Shown here piece by piece: positions 1 through 11,477 of a stretch of DNA of 64,000 nucleotides (positions within the stretch are counted from its first letter, which is position 1; the number at the start of each line of letters is the position of its first letter). This DNA is from Azolla caroliniana (lineage: Eukaryota; Plantae; Polypodiophyta), in NCBI GenBank assembly GCA_043228905.1, contig JBHGNT010000011.1, positions 12,896,001 through 12,960,000 of the forward strand, given 5' to 3'. A program made the position numbers and the translations under genes. The notes under the pieces are model-generated. The model had not been told where the DNA came from. It saw only the letters and a program-made list of their open reading frames with translations, and made no database searches.

Positions 1-1243
1 CGCCGTTTAACACCACTTCTCCCTCAACTCATTCATCTGTCCCAAACACGATTAGTTAGAAATTGAAGCATCCTAGACAACCTCTTCTCATTCTAGGAAG
101 CAGTAGCCCTTGCCAAGCGAACCAACAACAAGGTAGCGGTGGTGTTACTAGAGTTTGAGAAAGCATATGACAGGGTATGTTGGAACTTTCTAGAAAGTGT
201 GATGGGGAAACTCGGCTTTCAAGAGACATGGATCAAAGGCATTGCAGGACTTTATAGGAATGGCAACAATTGCGTTTCATTGGCAGGTGAAAGGGGCCCC
301 TTTTTCGAATATCCCGATCTGTACGGAAGGGATGCCCACTAACTCCATCCTTATTTCTATTATACGTCGAAGCACTCTTTCGCTTTCTCAACTCGCGGCA
401 TCTCAACCTACGTGGTCTTCCCGTACCTCATTCTCACCAAAGCATCCTGGATATAGAATTTGCAGATGACACATCAATCTACCTGCAAGGGGACTTGGAA
501 AACCTCCAAAAGCTAGAAAGTGGGCTAGCTGTATTTTGCAAGAGATCCAACGCCATGATCAATTGGCACAAATCCTGTGCAATATGGCTCTCTCAGGAAA
601 CACATCCGGCGTGGCACCCACATCCCGCTTTCAAATGGATCAATCAAGGAGCGAGCACCAAATATTTGGGTTTCCAAATTGGTTTCAACATACCTCCAGA
701 GACTATGATTGCACCCGTTATCCATTCCATTCGACAAAAGTTGATATATTGGAGCTCAAAAAAATTGTCGCTAGTGGGTCGCATCATAGTGGCAAATCAG
801 ATACTACTCACAACAACATGATACAGTCTATCATGCTGGACAATCTCCAAGGAAAGTATACATCAGATTCAACGACTGGTCTGCAACTACATTTGGTCTA
901 GTAACGAAGACCATGTAGCTCGCACCAAAGTGGTGTGGCCTATACTCACAACGCCTGAGTCGAGAGGGGGATTGGGTCTTATCGATCCCCTTTCACAATC
1001 GAAAGCCTTACTTGCCAAAATTATGGTGCGAGGACTCCAACCAGGCCTCAAGGGCGGCTCCGAGGGGTTGAAAGACAACGAATAGCCTTCATCCAACAAT
1101 GGTCGTCCTCTCCCTTTCTTGAGTCAGTGGGCATCCACATAAGATGGAACTATTGCGTCCCTTTAGGGATTTGTACATAATTGTCTCATTTGTAAAATTT
1201 TATAACTAATGGAAGGAGTTTTGTTTTAGAAAAAAAAGAAAAA
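1..1243 (+). mobile_element. Degenerate LINE (L1-like) fragment: reverse transcriptase region plus 3' UTR and A-rich tail
   Basis: Frameshifted RT motifs: LEFEKAYDRV.W.FL (ORF 139), GCPL (~330), EFADDT (~456-473), KYLGFQIG and W..KKLSLVGRI..ANQIL (ORF 495). Ends in TAACTAATGGAAGGAG (1203) and an A-rich tail at 1230-1243. Confidence 0.9.
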
Positions 1244-4200
1244 CCATCATTCCACATTGAGCTCAAATTTGTCGAATAGAAGTCAAAGACAACTCTATTT
1301 GAACATTTCACTTTAGAAATACATGTCAAGATTGTTAAGGAGGGGTTATATTTCAATTTTTTAGGTGTTCATCTGTGCAAAAAGTGAACTCTCAAGTATC
1401 AGCTCACCATTAGGTACAACTTTTGCTATTGACTACTCAAATGTTTCTAGAGTCTAAGCAAAGAGGTTCATGCTTGTCAAGTTACCTCAATTTGTAGCTC
1501 GCGACATTAGGAGCTTATGATTTGTTTATGATTTGTTTTGTATACATTATGTTGACAAGAGAACAAGTGTGGAAGTATTGGGCAATAGAACAAAGCATAC
1601 CTTTCTCAACTAATAGTGCCCATGAACACATAAGTATTGAGTACATGTGGAGTAAGTAAGAGTATAATATTCTCTTTCCAATGGTACAACATTACAAACA
1701 TTAATTTCCATCTTATGCATATGAACCATGTGGATGTGATGCTTTGTTGCTTTGGTTGTATGAGTCATGGCCTTTGTTGCTGACTTCTTAAGCTATCAAA
1801 ACAATATACTCATGCTTATGCATAGTAGCACACATGTGGTGTTAATGGGAGTCCATTGCTTAAAATCATATATATGGGTAAGCAAGACAAGAACGGAAAT
1901 AGAAAATGGACATCAAAAGCATACTGAATTAGGAAGCAACCTTCGTAGATTAGTCTTCATAGATTAGTGGAAAGTTTTAACGATGAATAAGTTAGTTTAA
2001 TATCTGTGACAAGTGTGTAATGCATGTTGCATATTTTGTACATATTATAAAGGTGTGGTGTTGTTGTGATATCTCTCTTATCAATTGTGGCTGAGAGATA
2101 GAGAGAGAGATGATCAATAATAGACTTTAACCTCCACCGAACTAAGGCCTTTGAAAATGTCACATGACCCATAAAAACACTTTGAAAGAGCTATAGAACT
2201 CAAAACTTTTACTCATCAGCATGGATAAGGGGGAAATATATTTGACATTCATAGACAAGTAATTTTGTAAAAGGCATGTCCAACACAATACATAATTACT
2301 CCATAAATATATAATGATTAAAATCTATAATGGAGGTTCCTAGTCAGTAGCATTTAATAAGGAAATAAATAAGATCTCACAAATATATGCAATAGATACC
2401 AAACATTTTATTCTTTGATGAGTGTTTTGACCTCTCCCCAATACTTACTATGAAGAGAGATAGAGAAAAGATAGAAAAGCGAAGAGTAAGAGAAAGGAAT
2501 GTTATATTATAACAATTGGGGAACAATACAAGTTTCTTAGACTCCAACGAAAAACTCAACTACATAGAACTTTTTTTCTTTATACGACTCTAAACGAAAA
2601 ATAGACTTCCCTTCTTCCTTCTACCAAGACTCATCCCACTCCTTGTAGACATTCTGTTCTATGTTTTTGGTTGTGTTATTCTTGCTTTTAAAATATATAT
2701 ATACTTGAGTATATGTGAAGCGTATTTGATACCATTGTTTCTTCTTTGTAATCCCAAATTTATTATACAAGATATTTCAGGAAAGCTCTCATTATCAGCT
2801 TTTTTATGCATCTTTTCTTTCAAAATTTGGATATCAGATAAAGAATTTATGAGCTTTTTATCTATCTAAATCTTTGTATCCATACCATGTTTTTTTTTTA
2901 AACTTTTTGACACTTTTGAAAAACACCTCTAACTTTATCCCCTCAAGTTCCTTCCTTCTTTGATTGTTATGATACTTGAACCTTTCATATGGCACTTTAT
3001 TCTTGGACATCTTAGGATCTAATGTATTTGCAAGATTCTTTTCTTATGAACAAAAACCGACGTCACACTTAGCAACTAGATTTTATTCCATATTTGAGAA
3101 TTGAAATCCATTTATCTCGTAATGTAAATATTTAAAATAGTTTGCATCCATATTGGTTCATTATAAGGTGTAAGTTTTGTCTTTTTAATGTGGTTCCCAA
3201 GCGTAACGTGTTGAATAATAAACTTAAAGAAGCACACCCAAATATTTCTAGCATTCGAGAAAATCTCAAATAAATTATTGGAACTTTTCCTTTTACCATT
3301 CCCTAGTAACACATTTGCTTAGATGCATTTCATATGCAAATATCTAAAACATTTATGACATGACAAATGCTCAAATATCCCATTTATAGCAAAACTATAT
3401 TAAGAATTTGATCCATGTATGTGATCGTTTTAATAACAACATTGATATGTTTACGTCAAGTTTCTTGTCCAAGGTAATATGAGAAAGATATGTAAACAAG
3501 AGATGGATACGAGTGTTATACAATCATTTTCAAAAGGATTCATTCATGTGCATTGATTAATCAAGAAGAATGTAATAGAGAAAGACAATATTTAGTTATG
3601 AGGATGAAGTTTTGTTTTCAAGATAAAAAAAAACACGAGTCTAGAGAGTGTCGTAATGCTAATGAATGGAAGCAATATTTTCCATGCATAATGAATATTT
3701 TTCCATTATCATCGGCTTCATGGAAGAGGGTTATTATAAGAGGAGTAAGAGTCAAACCAGTTCCCCCAAACCTTGAGTTTTTTTACGTTTGTGGTCATGA
3801 ATGTAATAGATAAGACTGGTTTTGAAGAGATTATATAGAGAGAATGCTTGGAAGCTTGGAAGGGTATGAAGAATTAGTTAAAATTGACAAGAACATCATA
3901 CTTTGAGAATAAAGAATATGTGTAGAATATTGTATTTCAATAGTATTATGTGGGTCTATGACATATGTCGTCTTTTGTTTTTGCGGAGGATTACATAATC
4001 GTTTTGCAATATCATGCAAGTTTTTGAGTTAATGTTACAATTGTTTTTATTATAGAATGCTCTGAAAAGAACACGTGATATTTTCTGTAATATTATGTGA
4101 ATTATGAAAATGTCTTAAACTTGTGCTTTTTTGGTCAATTAAATTTGTTTTTTCTCGAATGTCAATGGGCGGACAAGTTAGGAGTTTGCCGTTCCAATCA

Positions 4201-6141
4201 AAGATTGACATGTTTTAAATACATGTCCCATGAAATTACAAATTTGCATGTCAAATCTTAATGCTAGAGATGATTCTATGTCAACGTCCACAAGGTGCAA
4301 TTAATTATTTCAAAGTAATTTCCACAATTGTATAGATGGGGCACTTTAAATTAAAGCTTGAGTGAAAACCTATGCTTGTTTTGAGATGCTCCATATGGGC
4401 TTCTTCTTGTGGTTGAGTAAACAAGCAAAGAGAATGCTTGACACGTGACGGCTCCATCTTCATTTGGACCTTGAACGCTAGTATAATTTGTAGGGATTCC
4501 TAAAGTTTATGCTTGATATCCTCATGTAGGAGGCATTCGAAAGTAGTGGAAACACCAATTACACATTCTCTTTCCATATTAATGTTTAGCAAACCTATAA
4601 TTTATATTTCTTGAATTTATGCTCCTTACTTTAATGCCATGTCCCACTCACTTGCACATGGATTTTCGGTTGTGTGCTTGGGCATCAACCAAGAAGCCCG
4701 AGAGATTTTCCCAAGTAATGAGTGTTAATGTGATTGCACCAATACTTAAACTTATATAGATGTTTGTGTTGTTCTACATTTTGTGTGGAGAGCTTCCAAT
4801 GTGGCTTAAGTAAACAAATGAACATAAGTTCTCTTGTTCATTTCTTTTCCCTCTAAATGTACATTTGGATATTATTTGGCATGCCATCTTGAAAGTCATT
4901 TTTGGATGTCATCAACTCAATGGAGAGAATAAAAATCTTTTGTTAGTGGCGAACCGAGTGAGAGTGGTCGTCAAGCACTCTTTAGCTACTAGCTTAGTTA
5001 GCTTAGTCTTCACAATCAACCTAGCTCAATGTGGAAGTTCACGAGATAGTGGTTTGGGTTGTACATGGTGATCAATGCAAATGACAACGCCATTTACCAT
5101 CTCCCTAAACTAGATGAAATGAGGCTAGCAGTACAGATAGTAGGAAAAAGGGTGAAGATCTTCAAGGCACGGTAGGACGAGGAACTAGACCTCGATGGCC
5201 TTGAGAAGGACGAAAACAAAGGCAAGCAAGGTTTGGGAAGTGATGGAGGCAAAGTTTTACCACATTTGTTGCACCATTCTTGGCACGTACTAGAGGATGT
5301 ACAGGTTTAGTGGGGGTAGATGTTGTGATTTGGGATGACCAAAGGCAAAATATAGGGAAATGAGGGGGAAAAGAGGAGATTGTGAATTTATATAAACTTG
5401 TAATTTACATACACAAGGTAACCCATGGGCGGGTTTTAAATTATTTTTTCACACATCATACCCTCCCTCGTTCAGGTTCCTTGTGATTCCACTTTAGTAG
5501 TGCACATACGTGCGTTTACGCGACATTGATTGTCTCGGTGTTTGTTATGTAGGGCCTTCCTAAGTCTCTACTAGGATTCCATTTGTACGGCCTCTGGTGC
5601 ACTACCACATTGTTTATGATGTAGTAGTTCGTACATCAATACTCGTTTGTACCAATTGCCAATTGGGTACATCACATATGTCATGGCAAGTGCATGATCT
5701 AATTCATATCGAATAAAGATTCGGCAACATTTTGTGCTCCTACTGATATTTCGGCTAGCAAGTGGTATCCCAACTATATTCAAGCATGTTTCAAACTCAT
5801 TCATGACCAATGGATCATCTTTTAGGAGATCTATTTCTTTTTCGTGGACTTTTTCGGTGTACACATCGACTTGGTAAATTTTGTTATCTTTTCTCATATA
5901 AATTACATCATTTCTAAAATCCATGACTAACTACTCACTCTAAGATAGGGTCATCTTAATAGATAGTTATGTGCCACTTGGTTTGCCAACCTTGTGACCA
6001 CGAATGTCAATCCGAATACATGCTACCTCATACACTTGAAATTTGTGGTTCTTTTGGATGGACCCATCTACCATTCGTGGTTTGACATTTGAATGGAGCA
6101 TGGTAGGACCACCTGATTTCTATCAACACATATAGATAATG

Positions 6142-9100
6142 TGATGTGATGAGGACCAAAACAACAAATAGACTGATAAAAGACATAGCATAGAGACAAG
6201 ATTTTTAACGTGGAAAACCACGGGACCCTTAGGGTACCAAAGAACTTCCACTATATGTTAGTATACAAGGGGGTACATCCTGCATGGATCTTACTAGGGG
6301 ATTACTTGAGTATCAAGGCAACAACCTTGATAACCGTCTTCACCCAAACAAGATGGGTGGAACACTAGAGATAATGAAAAACAAAGAGAATGGAACAATA
6401 GAACCTGATTTAGGGTTCGTCAGATTGTTGACTAGGAGAGAGACTTGCTTCAGTGCCACTACACCTGTAGTCTTCCTGGGCTGCTCTCCCTTATGCTCTC
6501 TATTTTTCCTCTATCGATCTCACACTTTTCTACAGCCCGAAAATCATTTTTCTTATATATAAATAAAAAAATCATATATATATTGTTAGCATTATGTCCC
6601 TCCTAATGGGAGAATCAACAGTTGAAATATGGTCAGTCAACCAGATCGACCAGAGAGAGAGATATGATTCAAGGAGGTCGACTGTATTGGATGGATGATC
6701 AAAGTGAAAGACTAGGCCGACTAGTTGGGTTGACCGGATGGTCGATGACAAAGTCTGCTAGTTGGACTAACTGGATAGTCGACAAAGGAGTCGACTAGTT
6801 GACTCGATTGGACTGTCAATTTGTGGGTCGGACAACCGATTGATTAACTACTATTATTATCTGTTAATAATAACTTATTCCCATGTATAAATATGTGGAG
6901 CTAGGGCAAACTTTATGCAGTGGGTGTAGAGGAGACAGATACACATTGTAGTGTTGTAGTGTGGAGGAAGTAGACAAGAGTGAAACAGAGTGAGTGATGG
7001 CAGAGTTGAGTGAAACTTGCCAAAAACCCTAAGTGGGGATTCTCTGATTCTTAGAGACTTGTAACCTTTCTCTTGTACTTCTCTTCCTTTACAGTAAAAT
7101 CTGCTGCCCTGTGGTTTTTCCTTGTTTTAGGGTTTCCACGTAAAACTTGTGTACGGTGTATTTTGTATTTCACTTTTGTATATTTCAGTCTATCTTTCTT
7201 GTCTATCTATGATCCTTAACTCAACAAATTGGTATTAGAGCATGAGGTGCAAAAATGGAAGGAGGTGTGAGCAATTTTCCAGGAATGATAGTCTTGAAGT
7301 CACACAACTACTCATAGTCAAAGACAAAATGGACGATCTTCTGATAGTCAAAGACATGTACGAGCCCATAGATAGGAGTGAAATACCCATAGGGGTGTCG
7401 GAGTATGAGTGGAAACTCTTGAACATGAAGGCTATGGCCACCATCAGATAGTTTGTAGACATGAGTGTCCTACAACATGTGGCTAACGACACAAATGCCT
7501 ACGAAATGTGGCACAAACTGTCAGGCTATACGAAAGGAAAAATGCCCTCAACAAAGCCTCTCTGATGAGAAAGATCGTAAGACTGAAGGACGGAGATGGA
7601 GAAAGCATAGTAGTACACATCAACACCTTCATGGGGTTATTAAATCAACTTGCGACAGCCAAGTTTCCCTTAGACGACGCTCTTTAGGCTCGTCTATTGC
7701 CGTGTGCCCTACCGGATAGCTAGGAGAACCTGGTGGTGTCTCTCAGTGCCTCGTGACAAGAAGAAAAACTATCTTTGCAAATGGTAAAGACAAGTATCCC
7801 AAACGAGGAAACAATAAGAAAGAACAAGGGTGTCGTGTCCTAGTTAGAGGAAACTGTGGCACAACATACCTGTAGAGGAAGACGCAAGCAAAGAAGTCTA
7901 CAAAGGAGACACAAGTCTCATGCCAGATCCAAGTCCAAAGGAAAGCTCACATGCTTCTACTATGGAAAACCTGGACACTTCCAAAAAGATTGTCGACACC
8001 TTAAGAAAGACAAAGGTACTTCGAGCAATGTCGAACACAAAAAGATTTCTGAGGAGAAGGGCACTTTAGCCGTGGCTACTCGTGAAGAATAACTCTTGTT
8101 CATTTGTGAGCAAGCAAGTGTAAACCTCTCAAATGAAGAGTGCATTTGGGTGATCAACTCCGGTGCATCGTTCCACTTAACTCCCTCAAGAGAATGTTTC
8201 TCATCTTACACATCCGATCACTATGGTTGGGTAAAGATGGGAGATAATGAGCATGCAAGATAGCCAACATCAGAAGTGTATGTTTGACAACATCGACTGG
8301 TTCTAGATTGATCCTGAGGAATGTTCGACATGTGCCCGATATCAGGCTGAATCTGATATCAACTGGAAGATTGGATGATGAAGGCTTTAGTGGTGGCTTT
8401 CAACGTGGTATGTGGAAGTTCTGTAAAGGAAGTCTCATAGTGGCCCGAGCACAGAAACAGGGCACACTATATGTAATGCATGCCAAGTTGTCAAGGATGA
8501 AGCAAATGTGGCAATCGATTCAAATGCAGAGCTATGGCATACGAGGCTTGGTCACATGAGCGAGAGAGGCATGCATATCCTAACCGACAAGAAAATCCTT
8601 CCAAAAGTGAAAGGGGTGCACTTTGAGAAATGCGTCTACTGTCTGGTTGGAAAGCAAAACAGAGTTGCATTTCACTCAAGACCACCAAAGAGAAAAGAAT
8701 GTACATTAGAACTAGTCCACACTGATACTCCCCTTAACCTTAGTCCTCGTGACTTCGCCGCATGAACCACAACTAACCCGACATCGGTAGGGAAGAAAGC
8801 AACAACAAATCCTACAACTCATCGTCTAATGACATCTTGGCTGACGTTAATTGGTTTACCAGACCCACGAATGTACTGGTGTGCACCACAATGTCATGTT
8901 AAGAGCATTCTTCCTCTCATACATGTTGGCAAGCTTATGCCACAATTCATAGGCATTTGTGTCAATTGCCACATGTTGGAGTATGCTCACACCTACAAAT
9001 TGTTGGAGTATGTTGGAGTATGCCACGGCCTTTCCATGGAGGATTTTCCACTCTCATTCAACTACCCCATTCGGTACTTCCTTCCTATAGATCGGCTCAT

Positions 9101-9634
9101 ACCAGTCCCTCACTATTAGGAGATCCTTCATCTTGATTTTCCAATCATAATAGTTATGGGAGTCCAATACAATCATTCCCAAAAAGCCATTCATCTTCCC
9201 CTTCCTCTAAACTTATCTCGCTCTGATATCAGTTTGATGTGAATGAGGACGGAAACAACAAACAAACTAATGAAAGACATAGCACAAGACACAAGATTTT
9301 TAACGTGGAAAACCCTAAAATGGGAAAAACCACAGGACCCTTGGGGTACCAAAGAACTTCGGTGCCACTACACCTGCAAAGTCTTCGCACGTTACTCTCC
9401 CTTACGCTCTCTGTTTTTTCCTCTATTTACCTCACACTTTTCTACAGCCCTAACATAGTTTTTTTTATATACGATTGTGTCATGCCTTTCAGCCCTTTGG
9501 CCAATACCAGGCCTTCGGTTCTTCCTTCTCCCATGAGGAGGGACACAAACACTTAACCGACTCTCAACCAGCTTACGACTCTTAGCAAGCCTTCGGCTCT
9601 TCCTTCTCCCATGAGGAGGGATACAAACACAACA
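6142..9634 (-). mobile_element. Non-autonomous Ty1/copia deletion derivative (5' LTR 9235-9634, partial 3' LTR 6142-~6560, internal 8727-9234)
   Basis: Direct repeats begin TGATGTGA(A)TGAGGAC at 6142 and 9235. Reverse PBS GCTCTGATATCA at 9220-9231 (tRNA-Met type) and reverse PPT ACTCCCCTT at 8727. The ~500 bp internal part encodes the gag start (SILQHVAIDTNAYELWHKLANMYERKNALN). Flanks TAATG/TGATA resemble a decayed 5-bp TSD. Confidence 0.75.
6584..8726 (+). mobile_element. 3'-truncated Ty1/copia element: 5' LTR 6584-7226, PBS, degenerate gag, protease and GAG-pre-integrase
   Basis: LTR runs TGTTAG...TCAACA, followed by PBS TGGTATTAGAGC at 7230-7241. Zinc knuckle CFYYGKPGHFQKDC, protease-like WVINSGASFHL (~8147-8180), LRNVRHVPDIRLNLIS, LWHTRLGHMSE and C..C..GKQ.R..F. 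Stops abruptly after LELVHTD. Confidence 0.9.
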
Positions 9635-11477
9635 TGATATACTAACTCTAGTTTCAATGTCGATTATATTTGACACAATCGTGTTGTTCATCATTACTAA
9701 GAGCATGATGTTAGTATCATCGTTTTTGAAGTGTGCTCCTAAGGCATCAATCTCTTATCTTGATGTTGATCGATCCCCTTGATGCCTATCAATGTAGTTA
9801 TAACAGGTTCACCATACTCAACATGAAGCTCACTCTTGACTCACTAAAGCACGTCATCCACCGCTTTGATTTAACATTAACAGTTCCTCAATGATGAGAT
9901 CTTTGTCTTTAGATAGGGAACACACTTCCCACACAGAGACTTGTACTTTATCGAAATAATGCAACATTAACTACATTGTCCTCATTTTCTATTTTAGGCA
10001 ACTTCATGTCAAGGGATGAGACTTGGCCTCTCGAGCCTCTACCAAAGAGAAAATCCATTCCTCAAGTTGATCAAACCCGAGGTTATGCTCACAGGTTTTG
10101 TATTGTGCTTCTTGTTTTAACAAATCTATGTACTCTCATACACGCTTGTCTTATATCTAGGCATTCACGCCGAGCACACAACTTCATAACAAGTGGAGTT
10201 GATCTCCTAGACAATATTGTTGGCCAAGGGGTTTGGATGGTCATATACTGTGTTAGTGTAAACCAAGTGAGATTGGTTGTCAAGCACTCTCGAACCGCTA
10301 GTTTAATTAATCCAAATCTTGGGAAGTTCCACTCACATCTCTTAGTAATGTTAATCTCACTAATACCCTAAGGAGCTTTAGCATTAAATACTTATGATAG
10401 TAAACACTCATGAAGAGATTACAAACAGAAATTACCATGATGCCTTAATTAGTAAAACCATATGCCACACAGATACAATAAGGAGTAATTAGGGTTTTGG
10501 TAAGCAACACTTAAACCCTAATCATGCAACTTGCAACAAATGTGAGGGAAAGAGAAGGAGAGAGCTATAGTTTGGATTCAAGGGAGACCTTAAGACAAAA
10601 GATCACGAAGAAGAGCTAAAAAGTCACTTTTTACAGCTCACTAACAAAAATGTTGTCCCCTATCACATTGTGGTGGTTATTTGGCCTAAAGCTCTAGAGG
10701 CATTTTTGTTCTATCCCCCGTTTTTCTTCATCTTGCATTTGATTTAGTATCTTTGTCAATGTCGATGTCTTCATGGGCCATGATACATATGACAAATACT
10801 TAACAGTTGCATAGAAAGGTGAAATTAGCCCACAGACACCACCATTTTCACCAAAACCTAATGTTTTCAGCCTCATAACCACATTATCTCAACATAAAAG
10901 AGAACTCGGGGATACATGGAGTAACCAAATCATGCAGTCCTATGCAACTCCAACATTGCGCACTGGAAGATGACACAATAAATGCAAAACTTTAACAAAT
11001 AATACAATATTGATCTTTTATGGGTTGCAGTACTGATAGATTGACAATGTAGCTTGGTTTGGCATACCATGAACATGATTGTTTATGATAGCCAACTTAA
11101 CAATGCTTTCGAGGAAAACAAATTTCAACCGTATGGGCTACAAAGTCATCATCATTGTTAGAAGGAACAAAAATATCCATTTCAGGAGAGTGTTCCAAAA
11201 ATTGGACAGTTTTCTTAGGGATTTTAACTACCCGGAATCACCCACATCACCAAATAGGCCGGAGCATATGTTAATTTGCTGAATGCTTGGCCATACATGG
11301 GCATCTAACACATGTCATATAATGGGCAGGCACACAATAAAATATGAGTCGTTATTCACAGTGCATGTATTATATACATAGATGATTTTTTTCACATAGA
11401 ACAGGTCTGGATGTTTTTTGGGGATTGAATAATATATGTTCAACAAAACATGCAAACATTAACATTGGATCATGTGA

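Larger units (their letters stand above)
4941..10880 (-). mobile_element. Possible ancient gypsy-like LTR element relic hosting the copia insertions
   Basis: Similar TGTTAGT...CAAGCACTCT segments at 4941 and 10251. PPT-like CCCTCCCTC after CACA at ~5455-5469. Protease-like remnant on the minus strand at 5571-6120 and weak gag-like remnant at ~9640-10200. Highly diverged and the right boundary is a guess. Confidence 0.35.

Noticed and set aside
2377-3420. Possible hAT transposase relic on the minus strand (CHVINVL, ASHIL, GERSKHSSKNKM)
   Set aside because: Motifs are too decayed and no TIRs or TSD were found, so it cannot be supported without a profile search.
10900-11477. Downstream DYW exon for the PPR gene
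   Set aside because: No PG box, HSE or CxxC motifs were seen on the minus strand.
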